In this document: positions 1 through 8,714 of the stretch, piece by piece | Layout of the letters: each line of letters opens with the position of its first letter | Numbering within the stretch: the stretch's first letter is position 1 | Sequence record: SRR20825006_1377 | Length of the DNA stretch: 35,823 nucleotides | Reading direction: 5' to 3' (one strand) | Notes under the pieces: model-generated | Databases searched by the model: none | What the model was told of the DNA's origin: nothing | The model's input: the letters and a program-made list of their open reading frames with translations, nothing else | Program-made: the position numbers and the translations under genes

Positions 1-937
1 TCTGTTCGACCAGATCAACACCGGTGATCATTTCGGTCACCGGATGCTCCACTTGGAGACGCGTGTTCATTTCAAGGAAGTAGAAGCCCTTGTCGGCGCC
101 AGACGCCACGAATTCCACGGTGCCGGCGCTGTCATAGTTCACGGCCTTGGCCAGGGCCACGGCTTGTTCGCCCATCTTCTTGCGGGTTTCCGGGTCGAGC
201 AGCGGCGATGGCGCTTCCTCGATGACTTTCTGATTGCGGCGCTGGATCGAGCATTCGCGCTCAACGAGGTAGATACAATTGCCATGCTTGTCGCCAAGCA
301 CCTGGATCTCGATATGGCGCGGCTCAAGAATGAACTTCTCGATAAAGACACGGTCGTCCCCAAAGGACGCTTTCGCCTCGGCCTTCACGGCCGGGAAGCC
401 CTCTTCGACTTCCTTGTCATTGGCCGCGACCCGGATGCCCTTGCCGCCCCCGCCCGCGGACGCCTTGATCATGACCGGATAACCGATTTCCTTGGAAATC
501 TTCACCGCTTCCTTGGTGTCTTCGATCAGACCCATATGGCCTGGCACGGTCGACACGCCGGCCTCGGCAGCCAGCTTCTTGGAGCTGATCTTGTCGCCCA
601 TCGCTTCAATGGCGTAGGCGTTCGGGCCGATCCAGCCGATCCCCTCTTCTTCAAGCCGTTTGGCGAACACAGGGTTTTCGGACAGGAAACCGAAGCCAGG
701 ATGGATCGCCTCTGCACCGGTCTGGCGAACCGCATCAATGATCTTGTCAGCAACCAGATAAGATTCTGACGCAGGTGACGCACCAATATAGACAGTCTTG
801 TCGGCCATCTCGACGGCCATGGAATCCGCATCGGCGTCTGAATAGACCACCACTGTCTGTACGCCCAGCCGTCGACAGGTCTTGATGACCCGAACTGCAA
901 TTTCCCCCCGGTTGGCGATCAGAATCTTTTTGAACAT
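1..937 (-). CDS. pccA: Biotin carboxylase (alpha) subunit of propionyl/acyl-CoA carboxylase, 5' part; runs off the left edge
   Basis: Read manually on the minus strand from ATG at 937: [25 protein letters not shown]...[10 protein letters not shown]...[10 protein letters not shown]...[16 protein letters not shown], canonical biotin carboxylase motifs. Absent from the ORF track because it has no stop inside the window. Confidence 0.9.
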   Translation of the reverse strand, partial: MFKKILIANRGEIAVRVIKTCRRLGVQTVVVYSDADADSMAVEMADKTVYIGASPASESYLVADKIIDAVRQTGAEAIHPGFGFLSENPVFAKRLEEEGIGWIGPNAYAIEAMGDKISSKKLAAEAGVSTVPGHMGLIEDTKEAVKISKEIGYPVMIKASAGGGGKGIRVAANDKEVEEGFPAVKAEAKASFGDDRVFIEKFILEPRHIEIQVLGDKHGNCIYLVERECSIQRRNQKVIEEAPSPLLDPETRKKMGEQAVALAKAVNYDSAGTVEFVASGADKGFYFLEMNTRLQVEHPVTEMITGVDLVEQ

Positions 938-1080
938 GCTGCCTCGATCCAATGTAAAGTCTTTCAGCGACTGCACTAAGCCGCCCGAAAGCCGATGTCC
1001 ACAATTCCCATAGGGGAAGTCGGTTGCCACGATGCCGCAGATATGTTAGTAAGCGCTCACTATTTATGGAGATAGTTCTC

Positions 1081-2058
1081 ATGTCCCGGATCATACTCGA
1101 CCTCGATGCCCTGCTGGCCAATGGCCAGATCGACTCCTCCGAAGCCGCGCGCTTGCAGGGTTTCGCCCTGCCTGATCGCAGGAATGGTGTGCTGATAAAC
1201 ATTCTGCTGATTTTCGGAGCCATCTCGGTCGCCGGCGGCACGATCGCACTTGTGCCGAACGCCATAACCGGTCTCGTTCTGGCACTTGTCGCGTTGGGCG
1301 GCGCGGAATTCCTGCGCCGCAGCGCACGTGGAAATTCCCTGAAAACCCTCGGCATGGCGCTAACGCTTATGGGTACACTTGGCGTGGCAGGATGGATCGG
1401 ATGGGAATTCCGGGAAGTGGATGATGGCACGGTGCCCACCGTACTGATCGCACTGGTCATGACCGCGGCAGCGCTGTGGTTCCGTTCGGCACTTCTGGCA
1501 GCGTTTGCAGTCTTGTCCCTCGGTGCCATTCTTGGTTCTGGCACAGGCTACTGGCATGCCAGCTACGCCCTGTTCGTCGAAGAACCGACCATCACGATCC
1601 TTGTCTTCGGCCTGCTCGCCCTGGGTCTCTATCGTGCCCGCAATACCCTGTCAGACGCATGGAATAATCTGGTCACCGTCGCAGCACGCACGGCCATGTT
1701 CATGGTAAATTTTGCCTTCTGGGTCGGCTCGCTGTGGGGGGACCGGATTGGCGAACACTGGTTTGCGCCGCAGCGCTGGTCGGACCGGTCGGAATGGCGT
1801 GAAGCTGCCATTGCCATCCCTGACCATGTCTTCACCTTGGGCTGGATTGGCGCGCTCGTCGCCATGATCTTTACGTCACGCCGGAACAGCTTCCTGTCGA
1901 TAACCTCAATCGCGTTCCTGACGATCCATGGCTACACGCAATATTTCGAGTATCTCGGCGCGAAACCGGAAACGCTGGTGATTGGCGGACTGGTTCTGGT
2001 GGGCCTGGCCGTAGCCGGGGCGCGCTTCTTCATGAAGCAGGACGTGGAACCGGCCTAG
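1081..2058 (+). CDS. Polytopic membrane protein, DUF2157-like
   Basis: GGAG at 1068-1071 precedes ATG 1081. N-terminal LDALLANGQIDSSEAARL resembles the DUF2157 start, followed by many hydrophobic segments. Confidence 0.7.
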   Translation: MSRIILDLDALLANGQIDSSEAARLQGFALPDRRNGVLINILLIFGAISVAGGTIALVPNAITGLVLALVALGGAEFLRRSARGNSLKTLGMALTLMGTLGVAGWIGWEFREVDDGTVPTVLIALVMTAAALWFRSALLAAFAVLSLGAILGSGTGYWHASYALFVEEPTITILVFGLLALGLYRARNTLSDAWNNLVTVAARTAMFMVNFAFWVGSLWGDRIGEHWFAPQRWSDRSEWREAAIAIPDHVFTLGWIGALVAMIFTSRRNSFLSITSIAFLTIHGYTQYFEYLGAKPETLVIGGLVLVGLAVAGARFFMKQDVEPA

Positions 2059-2507
2059 TCCTTGTCATCCAACTGCTCGATGCGCGCCTCGAAGTTGCGC
2101 ACCCGAGCAGAAATCGAGACAAGGAATGCCGTCGACCAGCCGAGCAGCAGGAAACCAATGACGGATTCTGCTGCCGCCAGCATGCGCCAGTCCTTGTCGA
2201 TCAGCACATCGCCATATCCCACTGTGGAAAAGGTCGAGGTAGAAAAATAGACGGCTGTTTCGACATCCGGAAACGTACCCAGCGCCAGATAGGTCAGCGT
2301 GAACACCCAGATCTCGATCGAATGGATGGCAAACAGGCTGAGCAGGACAAAGAAGATGGCGAGCCCCTGCCCGACCACGGTCGACAGGTTCACGTGCGGC
2401 ACGTCGCGCTTGCGGATCACCGCAGACAGGGCCACCAGTCCCGCGAAGTGGATGGCAAACGTAATCGCCACCAGCGCTCCCGCCACAATCAGATTGAGCA
2501 AGAGCAT
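2055..2507 (-). CDS. Small KcsA-like potassium channel family protein (Ion_trans_2)
   Basis: GGAGG RBS precedes ATG 2507 (MLLLNLIVAG...). Pore helix and selectivity filter YFSTSTFSTVGYGD are flanked by TM helices. Confidence 0.88.
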   Translation of the reverse strand: MLLLNLIVAGALVAITFAIHFAGLVALSAVIRKRDVPHVNLSTVVGQGLAIFFVLLSLFAIHSIEIWVFTLTYLALGTFPDVETAVYFSTSTFSTVGYGDVLIDKDWRMLAAAESVIGFLLLGWSTAFLVSISARVRNFEARIEQLDDKD

Positions 2508-2523
2508 GGCGAAATCCTCCGTT

Positions 2524-3465
2524 TTAGCGTGCCGCGACGACCAATCCGGCCAGCAAACCTGGCGCTTCACGGTTGAGGAAGTCAACCAGGGTATTGCTCG
2601 CCGTGGTGACCGGGTTCGGTGGCGGGCTCTTGCGCCACCAGCCAGTACGAGGTGGCGGCTGGGCAGGCTTGGATTTCGCGGCGAGGCTGGCAGTTCGGCG
2701 GGCCAGGCTCGCCCTTTCCGCTTCCCTACCCATTTGCTCGAACCAGCTTCCCTTGTCGAATCCCAGCGCAAGACACCCGACAAACTTGCCGGGATTGGGA
2801 TCGTTCGGGTCAAGCCAATGCTTGCGGTTGAGCGCATGGCGTTCCGTGTGGGGATTGGGATGCGCGCGGGCGACCAAATGGTTCCCGATGGCCCGTGCAA
2901 ACAGGAAGTTCCACGACGGGTCGTTCTCGCTGCCCTCTATGCTCTCCTGTGTGTGGAAGAGGATCGCTGCCTCAGCCCGGCTGACCCAGGGCGCATGCTC
3001 CGGGCCCGAAAGCAGAAGCGTTTCAGCGACGTTCCCCACGGATGTTGCATCTGCCTGATTATCCAGGATCATCTGGTCGCATAAATGGGATAACACAATC
3101 AAACCAAACCCATCCGGCGTCCCGCTGGCTTTGCGCAGCAGCCGCATGAACAGGCCTGCCAGATTGCGGTTGCGCAGCCTGTCCCCGATCGCGACCCGCT
3201 CCTGTAGCCAATCGAGATTGGCTGGCGTCAACGCCCCATTGGCGGCATCGCGGGCAAGCACATAACGCGCCATCACCCGAACAAACCGGCTGTCCCAGTC
3301 AGGGTCCGCTCCCCTCATTCGCGCATTGAAGTCGAACAGAGCCTGAGCCTCGGCATCAGATCGCGGCCCGCGCGAGCACATTTCCTGCGCGACCTGCCGC
3401 ATATCCTCGCGTGATCGTCGCGAGACGGCCTGAATGCGCTGAATGATACTGGCCGACCTGACCAT
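2524..3465 (-). CDS. Conserved alpha-helical hypothetical protein with an internal repeat, possibly TerB-like fold
   Basis: GGAG precedes ATG 3465 (MVRSASII...). Two copies of AEAxxLF...DPxWxxxFxRxxxxxxL/V are present. Confidence 0.65.
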   Translation of the reverse strand: MVRSASIIQRIQAVSRRSREDMRQVAQEMCSRGPRSDAEAQALFDFNARMRGADPDWDSRFVRVMARYVLARDAANGALTPANLDWLQERVAIGDRLRNRNLAGLFMRLLRKASGTPDGFGLIVLSHLCDQMILDNQADATSVGNVAETLLLSGPEHAPWVSRAEAAILFHTQESIEGSENDPSWNFLFARAIGNHLVARAHPNPHTERHALNRKHWLDPNDPNPGKFVGCLALGFDKGSWFEQMGREAERASLARRTASLAAKSKPAQPPPRTGWWRKSPPPNPVTTASNTLVDFLNREAPGLLAGLVVAAR

Positions 3466-3612
3466 GGGTTGCTGTCTCCGGTATAGGCAGCGACGGGTAC
3501 CAATGACGGGTTTCAGCTTTCTTGACCAATTCGGTGAAACCTGTTGCCACCATTGTTCAACGCCCCGTACATTCCAGCCCAGACACATATGGAAATTACG
3601 GGAGAAAACGCG

Positions 3613-4428
3613 ATGACACAGCCAAAAGACCTCGCCGGGCGCAAGGCGATCGTAACCGGTTCAGCCACAGGATTGGGACGGTCAATCGCCTTGAAACTTG
3701 CCGAGCGCGGCGCTGATGTGATCATCAATTGCGCCAGATCCGTTGCGGAGGGCGAAGCGACCGCAGCGGACTGTCAGGCGCTCGGTTCGCAGTCGCGCCT
3801 TGTTCAGGCTGACGTGTCGACGGATGAAGGCTGTCGTAAACTGGCCGAGGCTGCGGCCCAGGCCGGGCGGCTGGACATTCTCGTCAACAATGCCGGCACG
3901 ACCAAACACGCGCGCGACCATTCCGATCTGGACGCCCTGACCCGCGAAGACTTCCTGGACCTCTACGCAGTCAATGTCGCCGGTCCCTTCCTGATGATGC
4001 AGGCCTGCAAACCCCTGCTCATTGAAAGTCACCGTCAAACTGGTCGCGCCGCTGCTGTGCTGAACACATCCTCCATCGCGGGTGTTACGGGTATCGGCTC
4101 ATCGGTGGCCTATGCGGCGACCAAGGGCGCACTCAACACGATGACCCTGTCGCTGGCCCGCGCACTGGCCCCGGAGATTCGGGTGAATGCGATTTGTCCG
4201 GGCTTTATCGGCACGCGCTGGTTCAAGGACAAGATGGATGAAGAGCAGTATCAGCGCATGGAAGCCTCCGTTGTGGCCGCGACACCGCTCAACGTGGCCA
4301 GCGGGCCCGACGATATTGCAGATTCGGCCCTTTTCTTCCTGACTGATGCCTCTCGACACGTGACGGGAGAGACGCTTTTGGTCGATGCTGGCACACATCT
4401 TGGGTACGCGCCGTTGACCGCACGCTGA
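3613..4428 (+). CDS. SDR family NAD(P)-dependent oxidoreductase
   Basis: GGAG at 3601 precedes ATG 3613. Motifs TGSATGLG, NNAG, catalytic YAATK and NAICPG. Confidence 0.93.
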   Translation: MTQPKDLAGRKAIVTGSATGLGRSIALKLAERGADVIINCARSVAEGEATAADCQALGSQSRLVQADVSTDEGCRKLAEAAAQAGRLDILVNNAGTTKHARDHSDLDALTREDFLDLYAVNVAGPFLMMQACKPLLIESHRQTGRAAAVLNTSSIAGVTGIGSSVAYAATKGALNTMTLSLARALAPEIRVNAICPGFIGTRWFKDKMDEEQYQRMEASVVAATPLNVASGPDDIADSALFFLTDASRHVTGETLLVDAGTHLGYAPLTAR

Positions 4429-4440
4429 CCAAAACCAGAG

Positions 4441-4498
4441 CGCACAAGCCTAAGGCATTGTCGCGCCTGCGTGCACAAAATTCTGGCGTTCCGGTTGC
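4441..4498 (+). promoter_or_regulatory. Tandem NtrC-like boxes with an overlapping sigma54-like -24/-12 element upstream of the porin gene
   Basis: CGCAC-N7-AGGCA (4441-4457) and TGCAC-N7-TGGCG (4472-4488) are 31 bp apart. TGGCGTTCCGGTTGC (4484-4498) fits GG-N10-GC. Confidence 0.45.
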
Positions 4499-4600
4499 CG
4501 TCCCGCAACCTCCATATTTTTGTTTCTGATCCCGGATAAAGCCGCGTCATCGTGGTTTTGGCGCTGGCAACAGCGCGATTCAACAACGGGGTACTAAAAC

Positions 4601-5275
4601 ATGAAACAACAGCTTTTCCGCGCAGGGGTAGCACTTGCAGCAATGCTGGCAGTGGCTGGCACGGCAGCTGCCGAGGGAGAATGGTCCGGTAACGTCGCTC
4701 TCAGCACAGACTATGTCTGGCGTGGCGTCTCCCAGTCCAATGAGGACATGGCCATCTCCGGCGGCTTCGACTATGCGAACGGTATATTCTATGCGGGTAC
4801 ATGGGCATCGAATATCGACTTCGAAGACGGTTCTGACTCCAATGTAGAGCTCGACCTCTACGCCGGCGTCGCCAGCGAATTCTCGAACGGCGTCTCCTGG
4901 GATCTCGGCGTCATCTATTATTCCTATCCGGACTCGGATGATGAAGACCTCGACTTCGTCGAACTGCAGGCCGCTCTGGGTTATGCTTTCGAAGGCGGAG
5001 TTGAAGTAGGCGGCGCCGTCTACTGGGATCCAGACAATGAGAGCGTCTATGTTGAAGGCTCTGCGGGGTATGCCTTCACCGACGCTTTCGCAGCTGACGT
5101 ATCCGTCGGCAACTACTCCTTCGATGGTGGCGGCGACTACACCAACTGGTCGCTTGGTGGCACCTACTCGCTGCCAATCGGCATCGATGTGGACCTGCGT
5201 TACTGGGATACCGACATCGACGGTACGGACATCGCCGACGAGCGCATTGTCCTGACTCTCGCAAAGAGCCTCTAG
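4601..5275 (+). CDS. TorF/TIGR02001-family putative outer-membrane porin
   Basis: Signal peptide (...AGTAAA|E), motifs STDYVWRGVSQS, GFDY, FYAGTWASN, ELDLYAG, and an alternating beta-strand pattern. Confidence 0.88.
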   Translation: MKQQLFRAGVALAAMLAVAGTAAAEGEWSGNVALSTDYVWRGVSQSNEDMAISGGFDYANGIFYAGTWASNIDFEDGSDSNVELDLYAGVASEFSNGVSWDLGVIYYSYPDSDDEDLDFVELQAALGYAFEGGVEVGGAVYWDPDNESVYVEGSAGYAFTDAFAADVSVGNYSFDGGGDYTNWSLGGTYSLPIGIDVDLRYWDTDIDGTDIADERIVLTLAKSL

Positions 5276-5337
5276 CGCTCGGATATTCTTCACAAACTGT
5301 GCGCGAGACATTGCCCTCCTTCGCGTGCAGTCTGGTG

Positions 5338-5378
5338 AAGGCCGCCGGTTCCCTCGAGAGCTGGCGGCCTTTATTTTT
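5338..5378 (+). terminator. Rho-independent terminator after the porin gene
   Basis: Stem AAGGCCGCCGG / CTGGCGGCCTT followed by TATTTTT. Confidence 0.8.
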
Positions 5379-5433
5379 GCGCAATCCTCCTTAAGTTGGG
5401 AGTTCGACTCCACCCAGAAGAAAGAGCTCCCCC

Positions 5434-7242
5434 ATGGCCGCTGAAATGAGCCCTGCCGACGCCGTGGGCGCGCTCGTTCCCGCAATCACCCTGTTGGGGT
5501 TCGGCGCGGCAGCCGCCCTGGTGTCCCGCGCGCTCAATCTCAGCCCCATCGTTGGCTACCTCCTCGCGGGAATTCTGATCGGTCCGGGCATGCTGAACCT
5601 GATCCATGAGAGTGGCGGCACGCATTTGCTGGCCGAGCTCGGCGTGGTCTTCCTGCTCTTCGATATCGGCATGCATGTCTCGCTCCGCGAACTGAAAGAA
5701 AGCCGTGGTGACCTGCTCGGCCTTGCCCCTGTCCATCTGTTGCTGACAGGCCTGATCAGTGCAGGCGCGCTCTATATGCTGGGCATATCCTGGCCGATTG
5801 CGATCGCGGTAGGCCTCAGTCTTGGCCTTTCGTCTACAGCGGTCGTTGCGCGGATCCTGACAGAGCGCGAGCAGAACTCGTGTCCGATCGGGCGCACGGC
5901 CACACATGTCCTGATCTTTCAGGATATTGTCGCCATCTTCCTGATGATCTTCGCCACGTCGCTTGGGGAAGGAGAGACCGCCGCTGGCCTTGCGGGCCTT
6001 CTGTCAGAATATCTCCTGAATGGCGGTGCAGTCCCGCTGGCGGCTGGATTGTTGCTGGCCTTTGTGCAGGCCCTGATCGCTTTCGGCGCAGCCATGCTGT
6101 TTTCACGCTACCTGCTGAACCCGGTTTTCCGGACGCTGGCGGCCACCCGCAATGATGAAGCCTTTACGGCTTTCACACTGCTGCTTGTGCTGGCGGCCGC
6201 CTGCGCGACTGCCATGATCGGACTTTCGCTGACCCTGGGCGCATTCCTGGCAGGCCTGGCCGTGTCCGGCACACCGTTTCGCCACCAGGTGCAAACGGAA
6301 ATGGGACCATTTCGCGGGCTGCTCCTGTCCTTCTTTTTCATCAGTGTCGGCCTGTCGATTGACTTGCCGGGCCTGCTGAGAAACCTGCCGCTCGTCGTGA
6401 TCGGCGCGTTTGGCATCCTGACGGTCAAGACTGCGCTCGGCTATATCGCCGCCCGCATGAATGGCTGGAGTGTGCCCGGCGCTACCCAGCTCGCCACATT
6501 GTTGGCACAGGGGTCGGAATTCACACTCGTCATCCTCTCATTGGCCTCAATCACTGCCAATATGCCCCCTGCCCTCATGGGCAGCCTGATCGCCGCCATT
6601 GCACTCTCTCTGGCGCTGGCACCGAGTTGGGCCATGCTCGGAGGCAAGCTCTCGCGCGAATTGGCGCGGCGCAAGCAGGTCACGATGGAAACATCAGGCG
6701 AACCTGCTGGCGAGCGGCCTGTCATCGTCATTGGCATGTCTGCCGCCGGGCGACTGGCCGTCGACGCTCTGATCGACTTTGACATCCCCTATATCGCGAC
6801 TGACGGAGATCCCGACCGCTTTCTGTCTGCGGTCGCAGATGGATACAATGTCTCGTTCGGAGATGCCGCCAACATGAAGCTGATCGAAGCTGTGGGGGGC
6901 AGCAATGCGCGCGCGGTCGTGCTTGGAAAAGCGCGTTATGAAGTGTCCAAGGAAGTCACGCCCAGCATCAATCGCCGCTTCCCAGACCTGGTCCGACTCG
7001 TGGCTGTCGAAACCATCCATGATCTCGACCGATATCTCGAACTGAACATACGCGCGCACCTCGTGGCTGGAGAGCCCAAGGGAATTGAGATGGTCGCGGA
7101 TATGCTGAGAGTCCTGGGCGTACCCGACAAAGAACTGGCAGATTGGCTCAGCCGCGAGGCCGACCTGTTCACGATCGGCGACGCGTCAGACCGTCAGGAC
7201 AAGTCCGATGAGGAAGAAGCTGTGGTCGACGAAGCCGCCTGA
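5434..7242 (+). CDS. CPA2-family cation:proton antiporter (KefB/KefC-like) with C-terminal KTN/RCK domain
   Basis: SPIVGYLLAG, LAELGVVFLLFDIG, LSSTAVV, LIFQDI, LGAFLAG, PFRGLLLSFFFISVG, QGSEF, and C-terminal FGDAAN. Confidence 0.9.
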   Translation: MAAEMSPADAVGALVPAITLLGFGAAAALVSRALNLSPIVGYLLAGILIGPGMLNLIHESGGTHLLAELGVVFLLFDIGMHVSLRELKESRGDLLGLAPVHLLLTGLISAGALYMLGISWPIAIAVGLSLGLSSTAVVARILTEREQNSCPIGRTATHVLIFQDIVAIFLMIFATSLGEGETAAGLAGLLSEYLLNGGAVPLAAGLLLAFVQALIAFGAAMLFSRYLLNPVFRTLAATRNDEAFTAFTLLLVLAAACATAMIGLSLTLGAFLAGLAVSGTPFRHQVQTEMGPFRGLLLSFFFISVGLSIDLPGLLRNLPLVVIGAFGILTVKTALGYIAARMNGWSVPGATQLATLLAQGSEFTLVILSLASITANMPPALMGSLIAAIALSLALAPSWAMLGGKLSRELARRKQVTMETSGEPAGERPVIVIGMSAAGRLAVDALIDFDIPYIATDGDPDRFLSAVADGYNVSFGDAANMKLIEAVGGSNARAVVLGKARYEVSKEVTPSINRRFPDLVRLVAVETIHDLDRYLELNIRAHLVAGEPKGIEMVADMLRVLGVPDKELADWLSREADLFTIGDASDRQDKSDEEEAVVDEAA

Positions 7243-7254
7243 CCAGATTCCAGG

Positions 7255-7791
7255 TCAGGAATTGAGGGCGTTGATCGCATCATCAATCGTGGCGCGCGGA
7301 CGGTCCATGATAGCCGCGATCTGGGCACGCTGTTCGATGGCGAGCCACAGGCCCAGCACTTCGACATCCACGACACGCCAGTCGCCATTCTTTTCAATAA
7401 CACGCCAGCGCACTGTCTGAGGCGCCTCGCCGGGGCGAACGACTCGCGTTTCCACGATGGAATCTGTCGGCGTGCGATCCTTTGATCCGGTAACCGTGAT
7501 CTCTGCATCGCGGAATTTTTCACGCTGGTCTTCGAAGCTGCTCAACAGATAGGTTTCGAAGGCGTCTGCGAACCTGCTGCGTTCCTGATCCGTGACGCGG
7601 CGGGCATATTTCCCGAGGGTGAAATTGGCGACTGTATCCAGGTCCATGGACTGGCGCAGCGTCTCGCGGCCCTTCTGAGGGTCGGCAATATGCTTTGCGG
7701 CGCCTTCGATTACGGCCTCCGCTTCCGGGCCGGCGAAGGCAGGCAGGGCCATCAGGCCGAGGGCAGTGGAGGCAATAAGGGCGCGAAACAT
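7255..7791 (-). CDS. mlaC: MlaC/Ttg2D-family periplasmic lipid-binding protein
   Basis: Signal peptide, DLDTVANFTLGKY and WRVVDVEVLGLWLAIEQRAQ motifs. Confidence 0.8.
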   Translation of the reverse strand: MFRALIASTALGLMALPAFAGPEAEAVIEGAAKHIADPQKGRETLRQSMDLDTVANFTLGKYARRVTDQERSRFADAFETYLLSSFEDQREKFRDAEITVTGSKDRTPTDSIVETRVVRPGEAPQTVRWRVIEKNGDWRVVDVEVLGLWLAIEQRAQIAAIMDRPRATIDDAINALNS

Positions 7792-7828
7792 GAGGGCTTG
7801 TCCTTGTGAATTCTCTGCGTGTTGCCCT

Positions 7829-7987
7829 CTAGATATGATCGAGATTGTCCTTTTGTTCCCCGAAAGCCGAAATAGGCTCTATGCGTTTTGGGAATGAAAC
7901 CGGTGCTGCAGGCGTCGGCAGGCAGGCCCCCGACAGGCGCAGGACCTGTAGTTTCGGGCGGCGGCAGGACAGAATGGCTGGGTACAT
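7829..7987 (-). CDS. Possible 52-aa small ORF between tRNA-Leu and mlaC
   Basis: GAGGAG lies 7 nt before ATG 7987 (MYPAILSCRR...DNLDHI). No family is recognisable. Confidence 0.25.
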   Translation of the reverse strand: MYPAILSCRRPKLQVLRLSGACLPTPAAPVSFPKRIEPISAFGEQKDNLDHI

Positions 7988-8086
7988 GTCATTTCTCCTC
8001 TTGGGCGAGAAACATGCAAGCCGTGTACCAAGGACGCGACCTGCGCGTTCTGTCTCGATCATAAGAGTCGACCAAACATGATGGCA

Positions 8087-8173
8087 TGGTGCGGGCGGCC
8101 GGGCTCGAACCGGCAAGGCCTTGCGGCCGAGGGATTTTAAGTCCCTTGCGTATACCAATTTCGCCACGCCCGC
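8087..8173 (-). tRNA. tRNA-Leu (anticodon TAA), class II long variable arm, encoded CCA
   Basis: Reverse complement reads GCGGGCGTGGCGAAATTGGTATACGCAAGGGACTTAAAATCCCTCGGCCGCAAGGCCTTGCCGGTTCGAGCCCGGCCGCCCGCACCA. It shows the acceptor stem, anticodon stem AGGGA/TCCCT with loop CTTAAAA, and a GTTCGA T-loop. Confidence 0.97.
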
Positions 8174-8258
8174 ATGGCCGATGCTGGACATAACGGTATT
8201 TTACGGGGGATGCTAGATTTCATTGTTGAAACCAGCAGAAAGAAGGACGACCTGCGCG

Positions 8259-8714
8259 TTGAAAAACAGCCTCCCGACACTCTGGTTCATCTCGGCTGCT
8301 CTGATGATAGTGACGGCCACAGCCATTCCTGCGTTTATCGAGCCAGACATGAGCAGGTTCGCCAGAACCGCTATGCTGGCATCCACCCTGCCGCAAGGCG
8401 TCCTGTCAGGATTGTCTGCGGTGGCGTTTGGTCTCGTGCATTTGCTCATCCTGCGGGTCCGGCCTTCAACGGCGGCCAGCGTATTTGGCGCGCTTCACCT
8501 CGGTGCAGCGCTGTTCGGTCACGCCGCGCAAATCAACGGACAAGTTCTACGGCAGCAGGTCATCCTCGGAACGCATGATGTCAGCAGTACGGCTCAGACA
8601 ATGGGAATGGTCCATATTGCCAGCACCCTGTGTTATCTGCTCGGCGTCGTCTTCTTCATTATCGCGGTGGCCGTTGCGCTGAACACACGGCCACCGGCTG
8701 AAGATGTGTTCTAG
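8259..8714 (+). CDS. Hypothetical 4-TM membrane protein (start uncertain: TTG 8259 or 8223)
   Basis: GAAGGA precedes TTG 8259. Four hydrophobic segments; ends ...RPPAEDVF. Confidence 0.7.
   Translation: MKNSLPTLWFISAALMIVTATAIPAFIEPDMSRFARTAMLASTLPQGVLSGLSAVAFGLVHLLILRVRPSTAASVFGALHLGAALFGHAAQINGQVLRQQVILGTHDVSSTAQTMGMVHIASTLCYLLGVVFFIIAVAVALNTRPPAEDVF

Noticed and set aside
44-769. 241-aa plus-strand ORF
   Set aside because: Antisense shadow of the minus-strand biotin carboxylase gene, which has all the canonical motifs.
8087-8173. tRNA-Leu as an integration site for a genomic island
   Set aside because: No integrase and no duplicated tRNA 3' end were found in the window.
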